The notes beneath the pieces were generated by a model. It was given only the letters and a program-made list of their open reading frames with translations. It did no database searches and had not been told where the DNA came from. A DNA stretch of 63,500 bases, counting the filler, from Ministeria vibrans ATCC 50519 (Eukaryota; Protista; Filasterea), in the NCBI GenBank assembly GCA_943704425.1. It is 6 parts of 6 records of this genome, joined end to end, with 100 filler letters (N's around TTAATTAATTAA, not from the genome) between each part and the next. Parts side by side here need not be neighbours in the genome. Positions count along the whole stretch, not along the records: positions 36,036 to 54,530 come from CALSCP010000488.1; 5 more parts are not named here. One strand, 5' to 3'. Both the position numbers and the translations under genes were made by a program. Positions within the stretch are counted from its first letter, which is position 1; each line of letters begins with the position of its first letter. Below are positions 38,339 to 53,300 of this stretch, one piece after another.

Positions 38339-38663
38339 TAGTCAACAAAACAAAAGTATAAGAAAAGAAAGAGAGAATCGAGAGTTGTACTCAATAAACT
38401 GTAAAACAAAATTCTTCATAGTCCTCACATTTATCACAAGCTGCAATAGCAGCACAAGCAGCACCAGCACAAGCAGCAGAGGTCGCAGATCAACAGATTC
38501 CATTCCAGTGCAAACGTTTTGATCCGTCACAGATGACAGAACTCCCTTGGAAGAGGTTTCGATTTTAACTAGAGGATCGTTTCGTTGAGAACACTTCTGA
38601 GTTCACATTCACTTTTCACAAATTCCGACTTCGTCATTCAATTTGTCCATCCATCCCATACGG

Positions 38664-40598
38664 ATGGATCGGTTTGGCAACTTCCACAGTAGCGACGGCT
38701 CGGGCGGCGCCTCGTCGTCGGCGGTGATGTCACCCCCACCGTCCAAGAAAAAGGCCAGAGTGCCTTTACGAAAACGCGCCCAGTCCCTCGTCGTGCGCAT
38801 GATCCCGCGCCCAAGCAACTCCTCCAGCTCCACCTCGTCGACGCACTCGAGCGGTGGCGCCGACCAGACTGACCGCCACGGCATGTTCCACTCGGCTGGA
38901 AGCGCCGCGTCGTCCACTCCGTCGAAAATGAAGTCGCCCTCCGCCCACGCCAAATGGATGCAAAGCCGCATCGACAGCGAGAAGCTCGACCAGGAAGGCC
39001 TTGCTCTCTTGGCCGAAATGGACTTTTCAAAGGTACGCAGCGCCCTCCCTGCGCCCCTTGTCCTCTCTTTTCCTTCGTCGTGTCTTGCGCCCTTCAACCA
39101 CCGTCACATAAAAAAAAAAAAACTCCTCTCTCGAAGCAACATGGCAAGACGAGAAACAGGGGTTGGGAGAGGGAGAGTGTGTACAAATGGAAAAAAAAAA
39201 AAAAAACTCCTCTCTCGAAGCAACATGCGCCTTGCTACGTCCCTTCCACGCCCTGCTTTGGTTCGAACCTTCTCTCCTTACACTTGGCCTCTCTCTCTCG
39301 TTGCTCACAACGTCCTCTGCATCGCCTCATTCCTCTTCTTTTTTTTTTCTTTCTTCCATTTGTACACACTCTCCCTCTCCCAACCCCTGTTTCTCGTCTT
39401 GCCTTGACCACATTTGTGTCAGCTTTGCTATACACCCCCTTCTCTTGACCTACCACCTCCTACGGGTTTGCGGTTCTCCCAATATGTCCATTGAATTTCC
39501 CTCTCCGTCGTCTCCTCTCTCCCCCACTCTGCGTCGCCCCTGCTCACCTCCACCACATGAGAATACCTCTTGTTTGACATGGTGTGTCGCACGCTCGCTC
39601 CCTCTCAGCGTCTCCCTTGTCTTTTCTTTGGCTAAACATTCTTTCATTGTTCGACGTCATCCTGCCCATTGAATTCCCCTCTCCCCACAAAACGACTTCT
39701 CGTCACGCCCCCGTCTTCCCTCTCGCCTTAGTGGGCATTTTCCACCTCTTTCCCATTCTCGTGGCCTTCTCCTCGCCTTGCCACATCGCCTCCGCGTTTT
39801 TCTCTCTCCAGGTTGTTGACACAATTCGCCCTTTCACAGGTCGGAGAACATTTCAGCAAGTGTCTCGACGACAGCGGCAAGCCCATCAAGCAAGGGACGG
39901 TACACTCGGTGGCCATACGCACCATGCGTGCACAGGAACCTCGATGGGGCGGTGGCACGTCGTCGTCGGCGACCTCGAGCACCGACTGCAAGTACAAGCA
40001 CCCACGGCTGTTTGTCTTCAGCGAGTTTATCCTCGTGACGCAACAGGTGCGTCCGAGTGGCAAGGGTCGCTTCGAAGTACTCGTTCCCCCAACTGTCATT
40101 CGCTCCATTGTCGTCATGCCCGTCTCCTCGTCGTCGCGTGCCCCTGAACGCAAATTCGAAGTGCTCTTTGGTGACTTTGAATTGCTCTTCAAGTGCAATA
40201 CCCCCGAAGAGGCCGAGTCGTGGGTGACCGCCATCGAGGGTGCCTTTGAGTGGCAGCAGCAGGCTATTTGGTGGACCATGGAGGCGCCGTCGAAACGCCC
40301 CGCCGAAATGCGCGTTTCCAAAACTGTCTTCCCGCGCACCAAAGTCGCCGAAGACGACGAAGACGACACAGCGCTGATGGACGATGACACTGTCAACTCG
40401 TGGAACCAATTCATCCTCGACTCCGAAACCGACTCGCGAACCCCCTCCATGCCGGCCACACCCTCAATGGACTCACCCGGTCGCTTTGTACTCCCTCCCG
40501 AGGGTCATGAGTACGACCCATCCGCGGAGAAGCAACAGCGACACCTCCAACAGAAGTCCCTCTCGTCCCTCGCCACCTCAGGAGGTACCAGAAAGAAC

Positions 40599-40631
<33 letters not shown>

Positions 40632-43600
40632 CACCGATATGGAGAGGGAATATGTTTTAAAATTCCTACTTTTCGTAGACTTGCTATGTGTCAGTGACAC
40701 TCGCTCTGACATTATCAGCTTTGGCACGGAAGAGTTGATGGGTCGCTCCGATTCTGAAGATGACGACAATGACAAGGAGCACAACACCAACAACAGCACC
40801 AGCAATCGTCGTGATCGTAGTGGCAGTTGCAACCACAGCGGTGAGTCGTTGTCGTCCGCCAGACGTACCATAACTGGCTCTGCTTCTGAGGCGACCCTCA
40901 CTTCCACCTCGTCAACCAACAATGTCACTCCGTCCGCCACGTCGATCAGCGCTACTGAAGGCCCTGATACTGAAACGTCATCTGGTCGGAACCCCTCTGC
41001 ACCCAGCGCCCTCATTGTACCCCCTGAAAAGGTCCTCTCCCCTTTCTCGTCTACGTCATCGTCAGCCGTCTCATCACCGAAACGCGCCTTCTCTCCGGAA
41101 CTCACCGTCACCTCTCTTGTCACGCTCCAGTCGCTTTCGTCACCGTCTCTCAGTGCGAGTGTCTTGGGCCATCGCCACAGCCCTTCCTCCCCCGCTTCCG
41201 CACCCAACCCCACCTCGAGCATCACCCTTGCCGACCCCAGCTCGCACTCGCTTCTCAGTACTCCCATTTCCTCTCTGGTTCGCTCCACCGACGACATTTG
41301 TTCGTCGTTTGATTCCATTGACTCGGCCGTGGTTCTCTCGCCTTGCGAAGATCCCACCCAAACAACCTCAACCATTGCCAAGTCCGCCACCATTGCAGCC
41401 ACAGCAGCAGCCGTCGCCAGCGCAGCTGTGCCACGGAACACCAGCCTTCTCTCTTGCGAACGATCACCCGCCTCCACGTCGGACCCGACCCTCTCTTCCA
41501 CCTCCTCACCCGTCTCACCAGGCAGACACTCGCCCGCCTCAGCATCCCCCTCACCCTTGTCACCCACTCGACAGCGCGCTTTGCCCTCCCTTTCCTCCAG
41601 CCCCTCCGTTACGACCAGTGCCAAACTATCATCGTCACCATCTCTCTCTTCGTCGGCCTCCAGCTCACATCCTCGCCCACCGCAAGTCGTTGCTGCCGCC
41701 GAATTTTCACCCCCGAGCACCACCGCGATAACGTCGCGCTCCACTTCGACTCTCCTCGTCTCGTCCCAGCAACCATCGCCCAAGGACCCTCGACTGCTCG
41801 TCCCAAGAACGTCGCGCATGCGATCCATTTCAAATCCTGTGCACCCCATCGCCACCCTCATCCCTTCCCCTCATCCAACACGTCGCATTGGAATCCCCTC
41901 CGATGCTCCCCCACCTACCGACACCACCGTCGACATTCTCGCACCTCTGCGTCGCGCTCCTCACTCGCGTCCAGTCTCGCCAGGCATTGCTCAACAAACG
42001 CGTCCCATCTCGTACGGCGGTACCCCCCAGGCACACAGCGTTACTAGCTACCGCCGTCTATCGACGGGCCTGCGTGACGGCCAGGATGCCCCTGTTGTCA
42101 GCCCCATTGTGGCCGGTCTTCTTGCGCGACCCGCCAAACTCTCGTCCAAAGAGGGCGAAAAGAGCGAACGCCCCGTCGAGGATTCGGAACGTTTTCCCGA
42201 TCGTCAGGCTGACTCCAAGGCAGGCACGGCTGACGAAGGCGAAGGCACCACCACCATGTATGTGTCGGAGAAGGGCCAGGATGTGCTCATTGTACAGAAA
42301 CATCCCAGTGCCAAGACGGTCAAGGTGATGGCGGGCACACGTGAAAAGCTCATTGAGATGACTGCAAGCGAAGAGACAATGGAAGACGACTTTGTCGAGA
42401 CCATGCTCCTCACGTATCCCACCTTCATCAGCGGGCCCATGTTCATGGACATGCTTGTGGGTCGCTTTGGCATTGTGCCCAAGCGCGTCACAGACACCGA
42501 GGACGCCGCCTACTACCGCGCCTGGAAGCGTCCCATCCAGCGCAAGGTCATTCGCATCATCAGCCGTTGGATCATCGACTACTGGAGTGATTTTGCCCAC
42601 AGCGAGCTCCTCTCCTCGCGCCTTGCAAACTTTGTCAACGAACTCCGCGAGTCTGGCTACATCATTGCCTACGAGCTCTTCAAGAGTCGCATCGAGCACA
42701 GCAAAAACCTTTTCCGTCGGCAACAAGTAGGAGTACTTTTTTTTTTTTTTTTTTTTACATCTAGTAATGACTTTTTTCTTGTGTAGTTGGGCGCTTCGAC
42801 TCTGGGCGCACCTGACATGGTGGTCACGATGTCTGGCACTGTGTCGATGGTCTCTCAGCGCGATCCCAAGACCATTGCCGAGGCACTCACCGAGTACAAC
42901 TGGCACTACTTTAGTCAGGTGTCACCTCGCGAGTTCCTTGCCAAGATTTGGTCCAACGCCTTCCCAACGTAAGAAGCCATATTATTATTAGTAATTTTTA
43001 TCATTATTATTATCATTCTGAATCGTATCCCTATCTCTTTGTTGTTTATTTTATTTTTTTGTTGTTGTTTATTTTTGTCTCACTCTTTTTTTCTCACTCT
43101 TTTTGTAGTGATGCAGAGGAGGCGTCGTCGGCTGACGGAAGCCATATTGCAGGGGCCAAGAACAAGTCGTCGTCGTCGTCAGCGGCGGCCAATACAGCTG
43201 CTGCTGCAGACGCACGAGGTGTACACAAGTTAGAAGCGTTTATGCAGCGGTTCGATGGAGAGAGTTCATGGGTGGCGCGTGAAGTGTGCATGCAACAGGG
43301 CGACCGTGACCGTGCCGACATGATTGTCCGTTTCCTCTCCATTGCCAAGCATCTCATTGCCCTCAATAACTTCTATTCGTCTTTTGCCGTCGTCGTTGGC
43401 CTCAAAATGACCCCTGTGCGTCGCATGTCTGCCTGGTCGTTTGTCCCTGAGAAATGGTACATTATAGAACACGCATGTAATGTGGCTCATTGTATGTCAT
43501 TTTCATAGGATGCGCGCCAAAGCCAAACTGGAGAGCCTCATGTCCCCTGTTGGCAACATGCGAGCGTACCGAAAGGCGATGGAGAGTCGTTCCAACGAAG

Positions 43601-43710
43601 CAGTACGCATTCTCTCTCTATCACTTGTTTCTTTCTCTTCTATCACTTTGTCTCTCTCTCTACCACTTTGTCTCTTTCTCTCTCACACTCTATTTTTTTT
43701 CTTTTTTGCT

Positions 43711-43801
<91 letters not shown>

Positions 43802-44350
43802 GTTTGTAGTGTGTTCCGTTTTTGCCTCTGTACTTGAAACAACTGAGGTTCATTCAAGACGGAAACCAAAGCAAGATTGATTCGCACATGCTCAACTTTG
43901 ACAAACTGCGCATGATCAACAACACAGTGGTAAGAAAATATTGCGAAACGATTATCTGGTGTGTCTCTCTCTTTCTGTTCGTCTTGCCTGTGTTTGTGTT
44001 TCATAATCTGTTTTGCTGTTTCTCTCTTTCTCCCTCCTCTCCCTCTTCACTTTTTTTTCAATTTTCTACTTTTCATTGTGTAACTGTCTCATTTTTGCGC
44101 TCCTCCCTCTACAACCGTTACCTCTGTTATTCTACACTCTCTCATTTTCTCCCTTGTGTGCCCTTAGCGTGTGCTGATGCGCTGCCAACGCCAAGCGTAC
44201 AAACTTCGCCGCCGTCAAGACCTCTACGTATACCTCAAGCAATGCGAACTGACGGCTGTGTGTGACATGGACGCGCTTCAAGAGATTGCCGATCGCAACA
44301 CCAACTCAACCGACGTCACCAAATCTGCAGTCGTCGTCACGCGTCTCTAG
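38664..44350 (+). CDS. RasGEF (PH-like domain, Ser-rich linker, REM and CDC25 domains), multi-exon
   Basis: PH: RLFVFSEFILV...FKCNTPEEAESWVTAI. REM: VMAGTREKLIE...FVETMLLTYPTF...RWIIDYWSDF. CDC25: IAEALT, SWVAREV, LNNFYSSFAVVVGL, VPFLPLYLKQLRFIQDGN, LNFDKLR. Confidence 0.9.
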
Positions 44351-44499
44351 CCTCTTCTCTTTTTCTTAGTTTTTGTTTCTCTTGCACTCGCACAACTTTT
44401 TTGTACAGTCTTCCCTTTCTGCTCATCTTCACTCTTTGTTCTTCTTTTTTTTTTTGTTTTCCGTGTAAGAATATAATCAAAAAAAAACAAAACGACATT

Positions 44500-46819
44500 T
44501 TATTGCATATCCATATCCATGTCAGCAGAGGCCATGTGGTCGACAACGACAGCAGCGCCATAGAGGCCCGTTGGGGGCTCGACGACGCCCGGCGGAGGCG
44601 CAGAGTAGCCGCCGTCGTCGCCATACGCCCTGTTCTCTGTGACACCCAGATGGTGCTCTGCATCGTCTGCGTCGGGCGCCATGCTGTCGTCAATGGTCAT
44701 GTCCTCGAGCAGTTCGTCGAGCCCGACTGCGTCGGGGCATTCGGAGTAAGCGTCGCTCTGGTCGTCGTTGATATCTGCGCCATCCACTGCCATGGCATCG
44801 CCCGCGTTCGTTGCTGCTGCAACTGCCGAGTCGTTCTTGTAGAGGTTCATGTGGGCACGGAAGTCACGATCCCGCTCAACCTCATCGAGGAACTGCTCGT
44901 AGTCGCGTTCGGCGCGCTCTTCGTCGCGCTTGCGCAGCGTGTCGTCCTTCTCCTTGTTCATCTGCTTGAGGTGCCAGGCGCGCTTACGGTTCGTCTTGAA
45001 CTCGCGCTGGTACATCTTGCGCACAATGACAACGTCGGGCAGCGACGCACTGTCCAGGTCGTTGCCGTGCTCGTCATTGATCTGCAGCGTCGTCATGTCG
45101 TACCCGAGCGCATAGTCACCGCACTTGAACAGCGCACCCAAGTGCGTGCGCGCAAAGAAAGTCGTGTCGTTGACACCAAAATCACGCATCCGCGCCACCT
45201 CAATGTCTGCCAAGTGGTACTTCCCGTGGGCAGCGCCTTGCACCGGCTGCACCTCCAACACCACATATTGCACCAGCTGCGAAGAGCGTCCCATGGCGAC
45301 AAAGGGCGCACGCCAGTAGGCAGTGGCATTCACTTCCGCATGCTGCAGAGACAGCGGGTCCACCAGCCGCAAACACGTCGTCACCCGCGAGCACAGCACC
45401 AGCGGACTGATGTTCCCCATGGACCGCGCCAATTTGGGCGGAAGGCAGATCAGGTCGTCCTATCGGACAAATAAATAAAAAAAAGTGACACGCACAACAA
45501 AACACACATCAACCATCAACATTGCGACTCTTTCAAAATTGTGATTATTACTTTGCAAATGGGAGAGATCTCGACAAAGTAGGAGCGCTTGTAGTTGTAC
45601 ACGTTGGTGTGTGTATCGTGGGAGATGAGGCGCTGGGAGGTCTTGAGGCGAGTGGGCACAACGCTACTGAGAAAGTCACACAGTTTGACTGCGTCTGCCT
45701 TGGCGCTAAAGTAGAAATCAAGTCCGTCGGGACTCTCTTTGATGTTGACGGAGCGCGAGTGTGCGTTGTGCTTCAGCATAAGCTGCTCAAGGTAGTAGAA
45801 CGTCTTCTTGTGTTCCACCTAAATCAACCAAAGCAAAACGACGGGGGGGGGGAAGTGTGTGTAAGTTATATTTATTTTGTCGGCTTTTTTCTACCTTTTG
45901 GCGCAACTGAACGCACGCATTCCAATGATCGTTCGCCCATCGTCGCTCGCACGTGTCGCACTGTTGATTGTTCACAATGTACTCCACAATAAAAATCTGT
46001 TGCAGCACTGTGTTGGCAAAGACCTATCGACAAAGCGAAGACAGACAAGGAAGGTTTAGCGAGAGGCGTGACACACAGTTTGAACACTGACCTCCTTTTG
46101 GATGGTCAGCTTCACTTTGATGCGCCTCGAATGGGGCTCGGTCCAGGCAAACGCAGCGTCCACCAGTCGTACTGAAGAAAAAAGAAAAAAAGTGCCGTGT
46201 TGGATCAGCGACGAGAGAGTGCACTCTATTGTGTACCTTTGGACAGACCACGCAGTTTCCTCAGACACAATTGAAGAAGTTCGCGACTTTCCAGACCAGC
46301 AATGACCCAGATGTTGGGCGGCTGCAGGTACCGCTCGCATGTTCGACAGAAGTAGATGACGAGTTGCTTGGGAATTCCGTCTGTAATGTCAACCTGAACG
46401 AGTGGAGAAGAATGAGAAGGATTCGCTCAGTCTCTCTTCTCCTCTCTCTCTCTGTCTCTCTCTGTCTCTTTCTCTCTCGCAAGCACAGGTTGGAGATGGT
46501 CGTCAAGAGGGGCCTGTCCTTCGCCGAGGCGTGGTGGGGCGTGGGGAGCGAAGGCGCCGCAATACAACGCAGACGGAGTGCATTGCGCAAAAGTCCAACA
46601 AAAATATCCACGTGCAACGACACCACGGCAAGCCACTCGCTCGCACTGTCGGGCAACCCGTGTGGGTGCCGCCAGCGCCTCCAGTGGGGCCACGACCGGC
46701 GTGCGTACCTCATTGCGAATGCAGTCCACACACATGTTGGAGGGATTCGGCGCAATGGCAACGCCACAGCCGCAGCACAGAATGAGCGCCGACGACGTCG
46801 GCTCGGCAATGTACTGCAT
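44500..46819 (-). CDS. NMD3: 60S ribosomal export protein NMD3, multi-exon
   Basis: ILCCGCG..NPSNMCVDC, AAFAWTEPHSRRIKVKLTIQKEV, CDTC, VQLRQK, HKKTFYYLEQL, THLG, PDVVIVRK. Confidence 0.95.
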
Positions 46820-46961
46820 GTTGGAGGGGCACGCGCGCAAGAGAGAGAAAGAAGTGACGAATGAATAATGATCAATGAATTTAGAGACTGAGTCACTGAG
46901 AGACTGAACTGACTCACTCAGTCAAATTCCAAAATGGTGATCAAACTTTTTCCTTAGCGCT

Positions 46962-48086
<1,125 letters not shown>

Positions 48087-48261
48087 GAGATAGTGGAAAG
48101 AGAGAGAATGTGTGTGGACTCTTCTTTGTAATAAAAAAAATGAAAAAATGAAGTGAATCGAATTGTGCCTATTTTCAGTACGCATTTTTGAACTGTATTC
48201 GAAAGCACACACACACACACACACACACAAAGAAAAAAGATAGACAAAAGAAACACACTAC

Positions 48262-49617
48262 TTAGAAGCCTGGAGGACACTCGACATAAGTCGACGGGAA
48301 GATGCCTGTCTGGTTGTAGATCGAGCCCTCAATCCAGTTCTCATCGAGACGAGACAGCAGAGTGATCTGATCGCCCTCACGGAAGTTGAGCTCACCGTCA
48401 TTCTCCGCCTCAAAGTCGTAAATGGCCGTCGCAGTCATTGCACCGCCATCCGCGCTATCCGCTGCACCACCACCTGCATTGTAGTCAGAGTCATCATAGT
48501 GCTGCGACCCATGCAGGTCATCATCATCATCGTCGTCATAGCGCTGGCTCAGATCACCCCCACCCGTCACAGCGGGTGCCCGCGCAAACGTCTTGCCCGG
48601 ACGCGCCTGCGCATCCTGGACCATGTCGCGCAGAGAGTCGTTGAGCCCTTGCAGGATCGACACAGCGTTCTCGTGGAATGCCAGCTGCGCCTGTACCATC
48701 GAGTACAGCTGCGACACCTGCTCGCCGTCGTTCTCCAGAATGGTCGCCATCCCGTTCCATGCCATCTCCTTGGACTCTTCAAACTTGGTCTCCGCCACAC
48801 GTGCCTCGTCCTCCAGCTTGGGGTCGGGGCTCTTCATCTACAAGTATGAGCGACAGTGAGTATGCGACTTAGTGGGTGAAAAATCAAGGTGGGTCAAAGT
48901 GAGTGAGAGTAAGAAAATGCGGACCAGTGTGAATCAGAGTGTGAGTGTGAGTGGGTGTGGTGAGGCAGAGTTAAGCAATATGAGAGCGTGTTTATAGTGT
49001 GCTGAACAAATTCTGTTACCTGCTTGCGTCGCTTGAAGTCGTAGTCCAGACGACGACTCTCCATCTTCTTGCGGTGGTACGCCACGTCCTTGACATCTTT
49101 CTTAACAAACTCCTCCAGCGGTCTCAGAAAGTTCGCCTGTGTCTCTGCATCCAAAGAGTCACGCGCCTCTGCAATCTGTTTCTCACTCTAACCACACACC
49201 CACACAAAACGAGTCAGAACTTCACTTTTCTCTCCTTTTCCGCTTTGTACCTCTCCGACCATGACAAGGGCATTTCCAAAGTTGGAGTCCTCGCCAATGA
49301 GCACGCCATACTTGCACATGGTGTCGCCCAGTTCGCCTTCGGGATGCGGGATCTTACGGTCCACCTTGCCCATCTTCTCCTTCATTGCAAACTTGGTGCG
49401 TGTGTTCGGGTTGGGGATCAGCACCACCTCGACTGCCTTGCACACGTGCTCAATGCCCTTGGTGGTGGCATCCATGCGCTAGAGATGCACAAACTCGAGT
49501 CAGAGAGACACGACGTTTGACATATCAAATTAAACACGCACAGAGATGCACAACACATACACACACACGCAAACGTACATACACACAGAGAGACAGACAG
49601 GCAGACAGACACCCCCG

Positions 49618-49657
<40 letters not shown>

Positions 49658-49837
49658 GACAGACAGACATGTCACAATGCACTGTGCAGTGACCAATTGA
49701 GACACAGTCTCACTCCTGCCCAACTCAGTTCGACTCACCTTGCACAAATCAACGTACTCCTGCTCGAGCACCGTCTTCTCCGCACCCATGACCTTCTCAG
49801 CGGTCGCCTGGCGCATTTTGTTCAGAAACTTTGACAT
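48262..49837 (-). CDS. Endophilin-A-like N-BAR plus SH3 protein, multi-exon
   Basis: EKVMGAEKTVLE, LIPNPNTR, HPEGELG, HRKKMESRRLDYD, FEESKE; SH3 AIYDFEAENDGELNFREGD...GIFPSTYV. Confidence 0.9.
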
Positions 49838-50316
49838 TGTTAAGTGTTTTCTGCACAAAAAAAAAAAATACCACCACACACAAAAGTCGAATGAGAAACG
49901 CGTCCGGGTCGCAAGCCAAGGAGTAGCAAGCAACAAGGCCAATAGGAGGAGGATGCGCCAAGCAGCTGGGGCCGTCCAACAGCCACAGACGCAAAGGTGA
50001 AGAAAAAAAATCAAAATCGCAGTCAGAAAGGAACAGAATGGCCAAGTGCCAACCCAACGCAGTCATCGCCATGCAGGGCCATGCAACGGGGGCGCCTCCA
50101 GTCGAGCAAGCGGGACGACAAACGCCCGTCAAGTTCGTTTTGAATATTATTCCCTTTTTTTCATTCTGCCCCCTTGCGTTCCCTGCTCTTCCTACCAGAC
50201 ACGAGCTTTAGTAGAGCTAAGGGCGCGTCCTTCAACTAAGCGTAAGGGATCGGAAAATCAAACAAAAATAATGAAATTATTGAAATTTTTCTATGATTTG
50301 ATAAATTTGTTATCAT

Positions 50317-53300
50317 TCATTTTTTTGTATCAGACGACTGTTGTGACGATCCGCGATCAAGACCATGACGGACATGCGCAACATGATCCACAATGACAGC
50401 GTCAACACCCAGCCGGCTTTGAAGATCCACATTGCCCACAGTGTTGTTCATGTTTCCATAGGTGAGCAGTAACAGTCCGCTCTAAGTCACACAATTGGAG
50501 GAAACGAATCAGACACACAAAGTGGGGCTATGGCGATTTACCTGTTTCATTTCACGAATCAGTTGAGGACACTCAAGAAAGGGATCTGCGCGACTGACGA
50601 CGCCCAACAAATCCCACTGTGTGGCAAAGGAAACGGCTCCCTACCCCAAACAAAAGAGAGGGAAAGTAAGACAAAAGAGAAAAGTGAAACAGAATCACAT
50701 CATTTCATACCTTGAGTGACATGATTCGCACATCACTGTGCATATTATCGGCAATACCCGCCGTAGTAAGGAAGAAGACAGGGTAGTTGGGCTGCTTGGC
50801 AGAAAGCGAAAGACACACGTCGGGGTTGAAACTGCTGAAGATGACATTGCGGGTGCCAGAGTGCTCATAGACCACCTTGGAGAAAGAGTGAAAGAGTGAG
50901 TACATGCGTAAGTAAGCGAAAAGAGAAAAAGTGAATGGATGAAAGAGTGAAAGAGTGAGTGAGTGGGTAAATAAGTGAGTGAGTGAGTGAGTGGGTAAAT
51001 AAGTGAGTGAGTGAGTGAATGAATGAGTAAGTTGTGACAAAAAAAAACGATCAATTTGTGATGTTTTGTTTCTTTTTTCCTTTTTCTGCACCTTGAGAAC
51101 TGCGTCAATGCGCTCGTTGAGCTTGCTTCCGCCCAGAGGCAGATTGTCTTCGAGTGCTTCTGACTCGGTGGGATACTTGACTTCAATGTTGAAGCCGACG
51201 GAGACGGGCACTTTGGCAAAAGCATCCTTGAGCGTCGCAAACTGATCGGTAACGACGGTGGAAACCTTGGCAAGGGACGCACTTGGTTGCTGAGCGGCCG
51301 TGGTGGACGATGAGGAGCACATGTCAAGCGGGATGTCGCTTGTGCTGGATGAGCGATGGCGTGTGGAGCTGCTTGACGAGGCAGTAGTGCTCGACGGTCG
51401 TGCCCTGCCTCTGCTACTCTTACTACCGCTCGAAGCCGCTGTGCTGCTACTGTTGCTTGTGCTGCGCTTGTGAAGATGAAGGAACTCGGCAAGGGAAAGA
51501 CGCTCGACGGGGACGGAGAAGCCCGTGTCGTGCACTATGAAGTCGTGATAGATGACGGGGGTGCCGTCGCTCGTCCACTGGACGTCAAACTCAATGTAGG
51601 CGGCGCCCAAACTGGCAGCGGTGACAAAGCTCAGAATGGTGTTCTCCTGGACATGGCTGCGGTGGAAGCCCGAGTCGACGGCGGCGTTGTTGTGGGCGCC
51701 TGCACCACGGTGGCCAATAAGCTGCATGTGCTTCATGGTGCGCCAGTAGGTGCGCATGCCAATGTCCATAGCGGGATGGGCAAAAGGCGTGATGCGGACG
51801 GAGCGCAGGCGTACCTCACCGGCCGGTTCGTGAGTGCGCTGGTCCACCAGTACCGCTGTGTACGTATCGATGCCGCTCTTGAGGATGCGTGCAGGAAGAA
51901 CCGCGGCAAGACGACCCGTGGGACTCTCGACGGTCAGATGCAGCACAACCGTGTCAATGGACTTGGCAATGAAGGAGCACGACTCGACAGCGGCAGGCGC
52001 CAACGGCAAGTTCATGCTAAACTCGCTGGCCGAGTTGACATTGTCGACTTGGCAGTGCCGTCCAAAGATGACGAGACGCAGTCCGTCGAGTGCCATGGAC
52101 ATGGCGTCGCGTCCGTACAGCTCCACGCCGACCACAGAGAGCACCAGCTTCTCGCGGTCCACCAGAAACCGATGGCCGTAGATGCGCCGCCAGGCATCGC
52201 GCGCGTCCGTCTCAGCATGCTCCAGGACTGCCGACGCCATGGGCTTGTGCTTGGTGTACTGCACCAGGTTGCTCATTTCCACTGCTATCCCGTCGGTGCA
52301 ACACATTGGGTCGGTGGCCGCCAGCAGCGACACTATGGGCCGCAGACCGCGCCACACGGCGTGCGTGTACGGACTCCACGACTGCGCGTCCACCACACGC
52401 ACCGACGCCTGAGACTCAAGCAAGACACGCACACACTCAATGTGGTTGTTCATCACGGCCGAGAACAGCGCTGTCTGGTGTCGCTCGGGCGTCACCCGCG
52501 CCACATTGGCACCGCGGTCCACCAGTAGCTGCACACACTCCGCATGGCCATACTCACTCGCAATGTGCAGCGGCACCTCGGTCGCAGTCGCCCCGCCACC
52601 GTCCACGAGCGACGCGAGCGAGAATCCCGGCACGGCCGTCTGAACCTCTTGGCAGAAGGCCGTGTCGGCACAGAGCAACGCCACACTCGACAATATCAAG
52701 TCGACTTCACGCGCACTGCCACTCATACACGCACTACAGAGCGCGCGCGACAGGTCAATGACGAGCGGCGGCGCATGGCGCAGCAGCAGCGCAAGCACGT
52801 CCGCATTGCCACTCGCAACGGCACATGGCACCGCAGAGTCTCCATCGGCGTTGCGCGCGGCAAGATTGACGCCAGAGGCATCCACAAGGACACGCAAACA
52901 GGCGAGAGAGCCGCTGCGCGCGGCACTGTGCACCACAGACGACTCGTCGGCGTCGCGCGCATTCAGGTCTGCTCCATGCTCACTCAGCAGTTTGAGGATG
53001 GCAACGTGACCCTGGTTGGCAGCCACGGCAGCAGCGGGACGCCGATGCACCGCAGTAGTTGCGTCTGGGGAACAACCAAGCTGGTCGAGGCACAAGCGAG
53101 CACACGCGGTGGCGTTGCACGAGCAGGCGTGCACAAGCACCGACGCCAGCTCGCCTTTGTTGAGGTCGCCGGCCTGCACCGCCTCGCCAAAGGCCGCAGC
53201 GTCATCGCGTCCAATTGTCTCCAGTAGCGAACTGGTGACGGTAAAGGAACCGGTACGTCGGTGTCTGTGCTTGTGCGTAGCGTGATGAGAGTGTTCAGAC

